Source of the DNA: Eledone cirrhosa
Taxonomy: Eukaryota
Direction of reading: 5' to 3'
Length of the DNA: 64,000 nt
NCBI GenBank assembly: GCA_964016885.1
Contig: OZ024757.1
Span: forward strand, 1,488,001 to 1,552,000
Position 1 is the first letter of the stretch, and each line of letters opens with the position of its first letter. Positions 30,001 to 42,430 of this stretch are shown one piece after another. The translations under genes were made by a program, and so were the position numbers. The notes beneath the pieces are model-generated. The model saw only the letters and a program-made list of their open reading frames with translations. It was not told where the DNA came from and did not search any database.

Positions 30001-33000
30001 CAGGTGGAGTGACACTGCACCTCCCAAGGATATAGGTGAGAGTGTGTCACCCTACAGGTGGGGTGACACTGCACCTCCCAGGGATATAGGTGAGAGTGTG
30101 TCACCCTGCAGGTGGGGTGACACTGCACCTCCCAGGGATATAGGTGAGAGTGTGTCACCCTACAGGTGGGGTGACACTGTACCTCCCAGGGATATAGGTG
30201 AGAGTGTGTTACCCTACAGATGGGGTGACACTGCACCTCCCAGGGATATAGGTGAGAGTGTGTCACCCTACAGGTGGAGTGACACTGCACCTCCCAGGGA
30301 TATAGGTGAGAGTGTGTCACCCTACAGGTGGGGTGACACTGCACCTCCCAGAGATATAGGTGAGAGTGTGTCACCCTGCAGGTGGGGTGACACTGCACCT
30401 CCCAGGGATATAGGTGAGAGTGTGTCACCCTACAGGTGGGGTGACACTGCACCTCCCAGAGATATAGGTGAGAGTGTGTTACCCTACAGATGGGGTGACA
30501 CTGCACCTCCCAGGCATATAGGTGAGAGTGTGTCACCCTACAGGTGGGGTGACACTGCACCTTCCAGGGATATAGGTGAGAGTATGTCACCCTACAGATG
30601 GGGTGACACCGCACCTCCCACAGATATAGGTGAGAGTGTGTCACCCTACAGATGGGGTGACACCGCACCTCCCACGGATATAGGTGAGAGTGTGTCACCC
30701 TACAGATGGGGTGACACTGCACCTCCCAGGGATATAGGTGAGAGTGTGTTACCCTACAGATGGGGTGACACTGCACCTCCCAGAGATATAGGTGAGAGTG
30801 TGTCACCCTACAGGTGGGGTGACACTGCACCTCCCAGGGATATAGGTGAGAGTGTGTCACCCTACAGATGGGGTGACACCGCACCTCCCACGGATATAGG
30901 TGAGAGTGTGTCACCCTACAGATGGGGTGACACTGCACCTCCCAGAGATATAGGTGAGAGTGTGTCACCCTACAGGTGGGGTGACACTGCACCTCCCAGG
31001 GATATAGGTGAGAGTGTGTCACCCTACAGATGGGGTGACACCGCACCTCCCAGAGATATAGGTGAGAGTGTGTCACCCTACAGGTGGGGTGACACTGCAC
31101 CTCCCAGGGATATAGGTGAGAGTGTGTCACCCTGCAGGTGGAGTGACACTGCACCTCCCAGGGATATAGGTGAGAGTGTGTCACCCTACAGGTGGGGTGA
31201 CACTGCACCTCCCAGAGATATAGGTGAGAGTGTGTCACCCTACAGATGGGGTGACACCGCACCTCCCAGAGATATAGGTGAGAGTGTGTCACCCTACAGG
31301 TGGGGTGATACTGCACCTCCCAGGGATATAGGTGAGAGTGTGTCACCCTGCAGGTGGGGTGACACTGCACCTCCCAGGGATATAGGTGAGAGTGTGTCAC
31401 CCTACAGGTGGGGTGACACTGCACCTCCCAGGGATATAGGTGAGAGTGTGTCACCCTACAGGTGGGGTGACACTGCACCTCCCAGGGATATAGGTGAGAG
31501 TGTGTCACCCTGCAGGTGGAGTGACACCGCACCTCCCAGGGATATAGGTGAGAGTGTGTCACCCTACAGGTGGGGTGACACTGCACCTCCCAGGGATATA
31601 GGTGAGAGTGTGTCACCCTGCAGGTGGGGTGACACTGCACCTCCCAGGGATATAGGTGAGAGTGTGTCACCCTACAGGTGGGGTGACACTGCACCTCCCA
31701 GGGATATAGGTGAGAGTGTGTCACCCTACAGGTGGGGTGACACTGCACCTCCCAGGGATATAGGTGAGAGTGTGCCACCCTACAGGTGGAGTGACACTGC
31801 ACCTCCCAGGGATATAGGTGAGAGTGTGTCACCCTGCAGGTGGGGTGACGCTGCACCTCCCAGGGATATAGGTGAGAGTGTGTCACCCTACAGGTGGGGT
31901 GACACTGCACCTCCCAGGGATATAGGTGAGTGTGTGTCACCCTACAGGTGGGGTGACACTGCACCTCCCAGGGATATAGGTGAGAGTGTGTCACCCTACA
32001 GGTGGAGTGACACTGCACCTCCCAGGGATATAGGTGAGAGTGTGTCACCCTGCAGGTGGAGTGACACTGCACCTCCCAGGGATATAGGTGAGAGTGTGTC
32101 ACCCTACAGGTGGGGTGACACTGCACCTCCCAGAGATATAGGTGAGAGTGTGTCACCCTGCAGGTGGGGTGACACTGCACCTCCCAGGGATATAGGTGAG
32201 AGTGTGTCACCCTACAGGTGGGGTGACACTGCACCTCCCAGAGATATAGGTGAGAGTGTGTTACCCTACAGGTGGGGTGACACTGCACCTCCCAGAGATA
32301 TAGGTGAGAGTGTGTCACCCTACAGGTGGGGTGACACTGCACCTCCCAGAGATATAGGTGAGAGTGTGTCACCCTGCAGGTGGGGTGACACTGCACCTCC
32401 CAGGGATATAGGTGAGAGTGTGTCACCCTACAGGTGGGGTGACACTGCACCTCCCAGAGATATAGGTGAGAGTGTGTCACCCTACAGGTGGAGTGACACT
32501 GCACCTCCCAGGGATATAGGTGAGAGTGTGTCACCCTACAGATGGGTGACACTGCACCTCCCAGAGATATAGGTGAGAGTGTGTCACCCTGCAGGTGGGG
32601 TGACACTGCACCTCCCAGGGATATAGGTGAGAGTGTGTCACCCTACAGATGGGTGACACTGCACCTCCCAGAGATATAGGTGAGAGTGTGTCACCCTACA
32701 GGTGGGGTGACACTGCACCTCCCAGGGTTATAGGTGAGAGTGTGTCACCCTACAGGTGGGGTGACACTGCACCTCCCAGAGATATAGGTGAGAGTATGTC
32801 AACCTACAGGTGGGGTGACACTGCACCTCCCAGGGATATAGGTGAGAGTGTGTCACCCTACAGGTGGGGTGACACTGCACCTCCCAGAGATATAGGTGAG
32901 AGTGTGTTACCCTACAGGTGGGGTGACACTGCACCTCCCAGGGTTATAGGTGAGAGTGTGTCACCCTACAGGTGGAGTGACACTGCACCTCCCAGGGATA

Positions 33001-36000
33001 TAGGTGAGAGTGTGTCACCCTACAGATGGGGTGACACTGCACCTCCCAGGGATATAGGTGAGAGTGTGTCACCCTGCAGGTGGAGTGACACTGCACCTCC
33101 CAGGGATATAGGTGAGAGTGTGTCACCCTACAGGTGGGGTGACACTGCACCTCCCAGAGATATAGGTGAGAGTGTGTCACCCTACAGGTGGGGTGACACT
33201 GCACCTCCCAGGGATATAGGTGAGAGTGTGTCACCCTGCAGGTGGAGTGACACTGCACCTCCCAGGGATATAGGTGAGAGTGTGTCACCCTACAGGTGGG
33301 GTGACACTGCACCTCCCAGGGATATAGGTGAGAGTGTGTCACCCTGCAGGTGGAGTGACACTGCACCTCCCAGGGATATAGGTGAGAGTGTGTCACCCTA
33401 CAGGTGGGGTGACACTGCACCTCCCAGAGATATAGGTGAGAGTGTGTTACCCTACAGGTGGGGTGACACTGCACCTCCCAGAGATATAGGTGAGAGTGTG
33501 TCACCCTACAGGTGGGGTGACACTGCACCTCCCAGAGATATAGGTGAGAGTGTGTCACCCTACAGGTGGGGTGACACTGCACCTCCCAGAGATATAGGTG
33601 AGAGTGTGTCACCCTGCAGGTGGGGTGACACTGCACCTCCCAGGGATATAGGTGAGAGTGTGTCACCCTACAGGTGGGGTGACACTGCACCTCCCAGAGA
33701 TATAGGTGAGAGTGTGTTACCCTACAGATGGGGTGACACTGCACCTCCCAGGCATATAGGTGAGAGTGTGTCACCCTACAGGTGGGGTGACACTGCACCT
33801 TCCAGGGATATAGGTGAGAGTATGTCACCCTACAGATGGGGTGACACCGCACCTCCCACAGATATAGGTGAGAGTGTGTCACCCTACAGATGGGGTGACA
33901 CCGCACCTCCCACGGATATAGGTGAGAGTGTGTCACCCTACAGATGGGGTGACACTGCACCTCCCAGGGATATAGGTGAGAGTGTGTCACCCTACAGATG
34001 GGGTGACACCGCACCTCCCAGAGATATAGGTGAGAGTGTGTCACCCTACAGGTGGGGTGACACTGCACCTCCCAGGGATATAGGTGAGAGTGTGTCACCC
34101 TGCAGGTGGAGTGACACTGCACCTCCCAGGGATATAGGTGAGAGTGTGTCACCCTACAGGTGGGGTGACACTGCACCTCCCAGAGATATAGGTGAGAGTG
34201 TGTCACCCTACAGATGGGGTGACACCGCACCTCCCAGAGATATAGGTGAGAGTGTGTCACCCTACAGGTGGGGTGATACTGCACCTCCCAGGGATATAGG
34301 TGAGAGTGTGTCACCCTGCAGGTGGGGTGACACTGCACCTCCCAGGGATATAGGTGAGAGTGTGTCACCCTACAGGTGGGGTGATACTGCACCTCCCAGA
34401 GATATAGGTGAGAGTGTGTCACCCTGCAGGTGGGGTGACACTGCACCTCCCAGGGATATAGGTGAGAGTGTGTCACCCTGCAGGTGGGGTGACACTGCAC
34501 CTCCCAGGGATATAGGTGAGAGTGTGTCACCCTACAGGTGGGGTGACACTGCACCTCCCAGGGATATAGGTGAGAGTGTGTCACCCTACAGGTGGGGTGA
34601 CACTGCACCTCCCAGGGATATAGGTGAGAGTGTGTCACCCTACAGGTGGAGTGACACTGCACCTCCCAGGGATATAGGTGAGAGTGTGTCACCCTGCAGG
34701 TGGGGTGACACTGCACCTCCCAGGGATATAGGTGAGAGTGTGTCACCCTACAGGTGGGGTGACACTGCACCTCCCAGGGATATAGGTGAGTGTGTGTCAC
34801 CCTACAGGTGGGGTGACACTGCACCTCCCAGGGATATAGGTGAGAGTGTGTCACCCTACAGGTGGAGTGACACTGCACCTCCCAGGGATATAGGTGAGAG
34901 TGTGTCACCCTGCAGGTGGAGTGACACTGCACCTCCCAGGGATATAGGTGAGAGTGTGTCACCCTACAGGTGGGGTGACACTGCACCTCCCAGAGATATA
35001 GGTGAGAGTGTGTCACCCTGCAGGTGGGGTGACACTGCACCTCCCAGAGATATAGGTGAGAGTGTGTCACCCTACAGGTGGGGTGACACTGCACCTCCCA
35101 GAGATATAGGTGAGAGTGTGTTACCCTACAGGTGGGGTGACACTGCACCTCCCAGAGATATAGGTGAGAGTGTGTCACCCTACAGGTGGGGTGACACTGC
35201 ACCTCCCAGAGATATAGGTGAGAGTGTGTCACCCTGCAGGTGGGGTGACACTGCACCTCCCAGGGATATAGGTGAGAGTGTGTCACCCTACAGGTGGGGT
35301 GACACTGCACCTCCCAGAGATATAGGTGAGAGTGTGTCACCCTACAGGTGGAGTGACACTGCACCTCCCAGGGATATAGGTGAGAGTGTGTCACCCTACA
35401 GATGGGTGACACTGCACCTCCCAGAGATATAGGTGAGAGTGTGTCACCCTGCAGGTGGGGTGACACTGCACCTCCCAGGGATATAGGTGAGAGTGTGTCA
35501 CCCTACAGATGGGTGACACTGCACCTCCCAGAGATATAGGTGAGAGTGTGTCACCCTACAGGTGGGGTGACACTGCACCTCCCAGGGTTATAGGTGAGAG
35601 TGTGTCACCCTACAGGTGGGGTGACACTGCACCTCCCAGAGATATAGGTGAGAGTATGTCAACCTACAGGTGGGGTGACACTGCACCTCCCAGGGATATA
35701 GGTGAGAGTGTGTCACCCTACAGGTGGGGTGACACTGCACCTCCCAGAGATATAGGTGAGAGTGTGTTACCCTACAGGTGGGGTGACACTGCACCTCCCA
35801 GGGTTATAGGTGAGAGTGTGTCACCCTACAGGTGGAGTGACACTGCACCTCCCAGGGATATAGGTGAGAGTGTGTCACCCTACAGATGGGGTGACACTGC
35901 ACCTCCCAGGGATATAGGTGAGAGTGTGTCACCCTGCAGGTGGAGTGACACTGCACCTCCCAGGGATATAGGTGAGAGTGTGTCACCCTACAGGTGGGGT

Positions 36001-39000
36001 GACACTGCACCTCCCAGAGATATAGGTGAGAGTGTGTCACCCTACAGGTGGGGTGACACTGCACCTCCCAGGGATATAGGTGAGAGTGTGTCACCCTGCA
36101 GGTGGAGTGACACTGCACCTCCCAGGGATATAGGTGAGAGTGTGTCACCCTACAGGTGGGGTGACACTGCACCTCCCAGGGATATAGGTGAGAGTGTGTC
36201 ACCCTGCAGGTGGAGTGACACTGCACCTCCCAGGGATATAGGTGAGAGTGTGTCACCCTACAGGTGGGGTGACACTGCACCTCCCAGAGATATAGGTGAG
36301 AGTGTGTTACCCTACAGGTGGGGTGACACTGCACCTCCCAGAGATATAGGTGAGAGTGTGTCACCCTACAGGTGGGGTGACACTGCACCTCCCAGAGATA
36401 TAGGTGAGAGTGTGTCACCCTGCAGGTGGGGTGACACTGCACCTCCCAGGGATATAGGTGAGAGTGTGTCACCCTACAGGTGGGGTGACACTGCACCTCC
36501 CAGAGATATAGGTGAGAGTGTGTCACCCTACAGGTGGAGTGACACTGCACCTCCCAGGGATATAGGTGAGAGTGTGTCACCCTACAGATGGGTGACACTG
36601 CACCTCCCAGAGATATAGGTGAGAGTGTGTCACCCTGCAGGTGGGGTGACACTGCACCTCCCAGAGATATAGGTGAGAGTGTGTCACCCTACAGGTGGGG
36701 TGACACTGCACCTCCCAGGGATATAGGTGAGAGTGTGTCACCCTACAGATGGGTGACACTGCACCTCCCAGAGATATAGGTGAGAGTGTGTCACCCTACA
36801 GGTGGGGTGACACTGCACCTCCCAGAGATATAGGTGAGAGTGTGTCACCCTACAGGTGGAGTGACACTGCACCTCCCAGGGTTATAGGTGAGAGTGTGTC
36901 ACCCTACAGGTGGGGTGACACTGCACCTCCCAGAGATATAGGTGAGAGTGTGTCACCCTACAGGTGGAGTGACACTGCACCTCCCAGGGATATAGGTGAG
37001 AGTGTGTCACCCTACAGGTGGGGTGACACTGCACCTCCCAGGGATATAGGTGAGAGTGTGTCACCCTACAGGTGGAGTGACACTGCACCTCCCAGAGATA
37101 TAGGTGAGAGTGTGTCACCCTACAGGTGGGGTGACACTGCACCTCCCAGGGTTATAGGTGAGAGTGTGTCACCCTACAGGTGGGGTGACACTGCACCTCC
37201 CAGGGATATAGGTGAGAGTGTGTCACCCTACAGGTGGGGTGACACTGCACCTCCCAGAGATATAGGTGAGAGTATGTCAACCTACAGGTGGGGTGACACT
37301 GCACCTCCCAGGGATATAGGTGAGAGTGTGTCACCCTACAGGTGGGGTGACACTGCACCTCCCAGGGTTATAGGTGAGAGTGTGTCACCCTACAGGTGGA
37401 GTGACACTGCACCTCCCAGGGATATAGGTGAGAGTGTGTCACCCTACAGATGGGGTGACACTGCACCTCCCAGGGATATAGGTGAGAGTGTGTCACCCTG
37501 CAGGTGGAGTGACACCGCACCTCCCAGGGATATAGGTGAGAGTGTGTCACCCTACAGGTGGGGTGACACTGCACCTCCCAGAGATATAGGTGAGAGTGTG
37601 TTACCCTACAGGTGGGGTGACACTGCACCTCCCAGGGTTATAGGTGAGAGTGTGTCACCCTACAGGTGGAGTGACACTGCACCTCCCAGGGATATAGGTG
37701 AGAGTGTGTCACCCTACAGATGGGGTGACACTGCACCTCCCAGGGATATAGGTGAGAGTGTGTCACCCTGCAGGTGGAGTGACACTGCACCTCCCAGGGA
37801 TATAGGTGAGAGTGTGTCACCCTACAGATGGGGTGACACTGCACCTCCCAGGGATATAGGTGAGAGTGTGTCACCCTGCAGGTGGAGTGACACTGCACCT
37901 CCCAGGGATATAGGTGAGAGTGTGTCACCCTACAGATGGGGTGACACTGCACCTCCCAGGGATATAGGTGAGAGTGTGTCACCCTACAGGTGGGGTGACA
38001 CTGCACCTCCCAGAGATATAGGTGAGAGTGTGTCACCCTACAGGTGGGGTGACACTGCACCTCCCAGGGATATAGGTGAGAGTGTGTCACCCTGCAGGTG
38101 GAGTGACACTGCACCTCCCAGAGATATAGGTGAGAGTGTGTCACCCTACAGATGGGGTGACACTGCACCTCCCAGGGATATAGGTGAGAGTGTGTCACCC
38201 TACAGGTGGGGTGACACTGCACCTCTCAGGGATATAGGTGAGAGTGTGTCACCCTACAGGTGGGGTGACACTGCACCTCCCAGACATATAGGTGAGAGTG
38301 TGTCACCCTACAGGTGGGGTGACACTGCACCTCCCAGGGATATAGGTGAGAGTGTGTCACCCTACCGATGGGTGACACTGCACCTCCCAGAGATATAGGT
38401 GAGAGTGTGTCACCCTACAGGTGGGGTGACACTGCACCTCCCAGGGATATAGGTGAGAGTGTGTCACCCTACCGATGGGTGACACTGCACCTCCCAGAGA
38501 TACAGGTGAGAGTGTGTTACCCTACAGGTGGGGTGACACTGCACCTCTCAGGGATATAGGTGAGAGTGTGTCACCCTACAGGTGGGGTGACACTGCACCT
38601 CCCAGAGATATAGGTGAGAGTGTGTCACCCTACAGGTGGGGTGACACTGCACCTCCCAGGGATATAGGTGAGAGTGTGTCACCTTACAGGTGGAGTGACA
38701 CTGCACCTCCCAGGGATATAGGTGAGAGTGTGTCACCCTACAGGTGGGGTGACACTGCACCTCCCAGGGATATAGGTGAGAGTGTGTCACCCTACAGGTG
38801 GGGTGACACTGCACCTCCCAGGGATATAGGTGAGAGTGTGTCACCTTACAGGTGGGGTGACACTGCACCTCCCAGAGATATAGGTGAGAGTGTGTCACCC
38901 TACAGGTGGAGTGACACTGCACCTCCCAGGGATATAGGTGAGAGTGTGTCACCCTACAGGTGGAGTGACACTGCACCTCCCAGGGATATAGGTGAGAGTG

Positions 39001-39321
39001 TGTCACCCTGCAGGTGGGGTGAGACTGCACCTCCCAGGGATATAGGTGAGAGTGTGTCACCCTACAGGTGGGGTGACACAGCACCTCCCAGGGTTATAGG
39101 TGAGAGTGTGTCACCCTACAGGTGGGGTGACACAGCACCTCCCAGGGTTATAGGTGAGAGTGTGTCACCCTACAGATGGAGTGACACTGCACCTCCCAGG
39201 GATATAGGTGAGAGTGTGTCACCCTACAGGTGGGGTGACACTGCACCTCCCAGAGATATAGGTGAGAGTGTGTCACCCTGCAGGTGGGGTGACACTGCAC
39301 CTCCCAGGGATATAGGTGAGA
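1..39321. repeat. 54-bp tandem satellite array, about 728 units, continuing beyond the left edge of the window
   Basis: Consensus GGTGAGAGTGTGTCACCCTACAGGTGGGGTGACACTGCACCTCCCAG(G/A)GATATA repeats without interruption, with point variants and occasional 1-3 bp indels. It ends at ...GATATAGGTGAGA|AACTTCTCC. Copy number estimated as 39321/54. Confidence 0.99.
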
Positions 39322-39376
39322 AACTTCTCCGCACATTCTGTTGGTAGGACATGTCACATCCTGGTTTCACTAGCTG

Positions 39377-39460
39377 CCACCACCACCACCAACAACAACA
39401 ACAGCAACAACAGCAACAACAGCAACCACAACAACAGCAACAACAACAACAGCAACAACA
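39377..39460. repeat. (CAC)/(CAA/CAG)n trinucleotide microsatellite
   Basis: Read directly from the sequence. Confidence 0.95.
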
Positions 39461-39524
39461 AGTGTTTGCTAATGTGTTAGGTTGTTGTTTTCTGGCAGTT
39501 CATACACACGAGTTCACTTCTATT

Positions 39525-39652
39525 GTATGTGTGTGTGTAAGTGTGTATATGTGTGGGTATGTGTGTGTGTAAGTGTGTATATATGTGTGTATGTGTGTGT
39601 GTAAGTGTGTATATGTGAGTACATACATACATATATATATACATACATATAT
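39525..39652. repeat. (TG)n/(TACA)n microsatellite, partly the tail of the adjacent LINE fragment
   Basis: Read directly from the sequence. Confidence 0.9.
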
Positions 39653-39840
39653 GGTGGCTGCCAACTCGTTTTCGAGAATGGCCACTACTTTATATCCATG
39701 TAGGAGAACCACTACCGATGCGCTGAACGAGTGTGACTTTTTAGTCCAGCCAGCGACATGAAAACTTTGGTACAAACACTACACTTGTGACACATAGTGC
39801 TGGGCCCATGGTACCATGTGACGACAAGTGCAGAGAGATC
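39651..39840 (-). mobile_element. 3' end fragment of an RTE-like non-LTR retrotransposon
   Basis: Minus strand encodes a terminal C2H2-like motif CSVCTKVFMSLAGLKSHTRSAHR*, followed by a short UTR with a CTCG-AAAA-CGAG stem-loop and a (TATG)n tail, as in RTE-clade 3' ends. Confidence 0.55.
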
Positions 39841-39841
39841 T

Positions 39842-41087
39842 CCAGTTTTGGGGTTGGCAACAACGCGTTCTTTTGTTTTTCCACATCCAGCATTGGGCAA
39901 AATGCTTTTAAATGTGTGTTTTTTCCACATTTGAAACATTGTGGTCTTTTGCCCTCCACTGCGATGTGGACAACATGGTTATCATCCACCAGCACCCTTT
40001 TTTCAATCTTCTCTGGATTCATTTGAACCTAAAGTTCCATTGATCCCCCGTTCCAGTTCTGTCGGATTGATTTTTTTTACAGAGAGGAGGTTGTCTTCAC
40101 CCTCCTCCAAAAATCCACCCAGGATCCACCAAATGTTGGTGTTCGGTGGGATCTGGGAGATCCTTATTTTATGGGTTCTTCTTCCAATGTATGTTGGGAA
40201 GAAGATGTGTTGGCTCATTCTAATTGGAGCCACCGAATATTTCTGGGTGAGGGCCTCGCTTTTAAAGAGCACCGAGATGCTCCTGTACTGCTTGGCCCTC
40301 TGGAGGTAAGCAATGTCTGGCATTGCCTCCTTTAGCGCGGTTTCCACTGTGCTATTGCTTAAAGTCACAGGTTTCTTGGTTTGTGAGCAGATTGTCCGGA
40401 AGAAATTTTTTTTTCTTAAGGTAGCGGCCCAAATTTCCGGTGAGGTACTTATTCAAAAGCCGTTACCTTCGAAAGTTATATGTTGCGCAGCGTCCTTTAG
40501 GTGCTGTGCTTGGTTTGACAGATCTATTTCTATAAAATCTGTCTCTTTGGCAAGGCTTTCTGCAAACGTTTTTTGGAGTGTTTGGTTGTTTTCGCTTGTG
40601 CTGGAGTTGTTGTTTTTGTTGTTGTCTTCGTTGTTGTTGGTGTTGTTTTTGTTCATAGCATTGTTGTTGTTGTTGTTGCTGGTGCCGCCGGTTGTGTTGC
40701 TTTTGTTTGTTGCCATGGCAACTTTTGGTTTTGGTTGTTGTAGGTCAGCAGGTGAAGAAAATCCTTCCTCTGTCTGACCTATGTCTGAGACATCTGCTAC
40801 TATGACAGTGGAAGGAGGAAGCATCTTCCCTTTTCCTACTTTGAATGTTGGTGAAGAAGCTGTTATTGCTTCAGCCATATTTTTTTACGTAGTTTTTCCC
40901 CCAATTTTTTTTTTTATGAACTATTTTGCCTAAAGGCGTAGAATATTTTGAGAGAGTGACCAGATCAAAATTTGACCTGGCAGTCCCTCTACAAATTGGT
41001 ATAAAAATGAAGGTTCACAGTCAAGAATTTCTATAAAAATTTAAGCAGAATTTACCCAGCAAGTTTCACACGTGTGTTCATCCCGAA
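39842..41087 (-). mobile_element. Tx1/L1-clade LINE copy A: 5' UTR plus disrupted ORF1 (gag-like, CCHC knuckle)
   Basis: ATG at 40878 (MAEAITASSPTF...) and a poly-Asn tract. One in-frame TGA at 40453-40455, after which the same frame continues (40003-40368). A frameshift leads to EGKRPQCFKCGKNTHLKAFC (CX2CX4HX4C). The 5' UTR is homologous to 42222-42430. Confidence 0.8.
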
Positions 41088-41130
41088 GATAGATAGATAG
41101 AAGACAGACAGACAGATAGGTAGATAGATA
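41088..41130. repeat. (GATA)/(GACA)n microsatellite separating LINE copies A and B
   Basis: Read directly from the sequence. Confidence 0.9.
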
Positions 41131-42430
41131 TATTTCTTTATTAGCCACAGGGGCACAAAAGAAGGGGACAAATACAAAGGGGGAAGTTTACATACAATAA
41201 AAACGTGTAAAATGTTATCACAAATGGAATTTAAAAAGTTAGTCGATTTTCCCCAATAGAGGGAGACAGTTTATATGGGTAACACATACCCCCGAAAAAA
41301 AATGTGCAACCCTCATCTCCAGGAGTACGAAGAGTTTGTACTCCTTTCCTCTCCTCCTCCTTTTCCTCAACCTACAGGCTGATATAGAGAGAAGGCCCAT
41401 TCACTCGGGCCATTCTCGCCACTTTCACCCACCTTTCATAAAACTTGCTGGGGTACAGCACCTCTCTCTCCATCCTGATTCTTCTTCCAAAGTGGTATTT
41501 GAAAAAAAGAATCAGTTGTTGGCCGGAGAGAAAGGTGTCTGACCTCAGCCCTTTCAACCTTGTCCACCATACAACCTCTTTCGCCATAGCTATCACACAA
41601 AGGAAAACCGCCTCTCCTTCGTTTTTGAAGGAGGGTGGCGGTTTGATCATGACAATGGACTCGGTGGTCAACTGGATTGGTCCCACCCGCGACAATAGTC
41701 GTTCTACATAGCCCCACAGGTCAGTGACGCCCGGGCAGTGTATGAATGCGTGCGCGACGGTTTCTTCGTCTCACACGCACCTCGGACAGATCTTTTTTGC
41801 AGGGTCCCTGCCCGGGTGCCCATGTCTGTAGAGCTTGTCTCGAACTGGTAGAGCTCCTCGGTAGCACTGCCAGGCCAGGGACTTTTGGAAGTTGTCCATC
41901 GGTCCCGGGCAGAAGGTCTTACCGAACAGACTGGCCAGTTCATCTTCCTCTACGCCTAGAGTTTCACCGAGCGCGTTGTCGCACTTGCTGCGGACCAACC
42001 CTCTATAGAATGATGAAGTGGAGTCTCCACTGATCGCCGGGTCCGCCTGCCAGAGGGCTGTGAGCGCCTGAGCACATTCGATGTGCCAGTCGCCCATTTT
42101 CCTCGGTCTTTGCTTGACCCAGGACTGCAGCTACATCTGCTACTATGACAGTGGCAGGGGGGAGCTGTAAGCATATCTTCCCTTTTCCTCCTTCAAATGT
42201 TGGTGAAGAAGCTTCAGCCATTTTTTTTAAATGTTAGCTTTTCCCCAAAAAATTTTTTATGTACTATTTTGCCTAAAGGCGTAGAATATTTTGAGAGACT
42301 GACCAGATCAAAATTTGACCTGGCAGTCCCTCTACAAGGTGATATAAAAATGAAGGTTCATAGTTAGGAATTTCTATAGAAATTTAGGCAGAACTTACCC
42401 AACAAGTTTCACGCGGGTGTCCTTCCCAGT
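41131..42430 (-). mobile_element. Tx1/L1-clade LINE copy B, internally deleted (5' UTR and ORF1 start fused to ORF2 C-terminus and 3' UTR)
   Basis: MAEASSPTFEGGKGK...TVIVADVA joins near 42132 to ELQSWVKQRPRKMGDWHIECAQ...AWQCYRGALPVRDKL...ICPRC (zf-RVT-like). The 3' UTR ends AATAAAGAAATA and is followed by (TATC)n. Confidence 0.85.

Noticed and set aside
1-39321. CRISPR array, suggested by the palindromic repeat
   Set aside because: There are no unique spacers and no cas genes, and the context is eukaryotic.
1-39321. Satellite unit as a self-cleaving ribozyme or H-type pseudoknot
   Set aside because: It has no hammerhead CTGANGA/GAAA core or other ribozyme consensus that I recognise. The loop-CACCT pseudoknot would need a 2-nt linker to span a 9-bp stem.
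44-39357. Very long ORFs (ESVSPYRWGDTAPPRDIG)n and (CHPTCRVTHSHLYPWEVQ)n as repeat proteins
   Set aside because: The 54-bp unit happens to lack stops in these frames on both strands. The array has many frameshifting indels and stops, and most ORF starts are GTG codons inside repeats.
39712-39800. Host C2H2 zinc-finger gene
   Set aside because: A single finger followed by a stop, stem-loop and microsatellite tail fits a LINE 3' end better.
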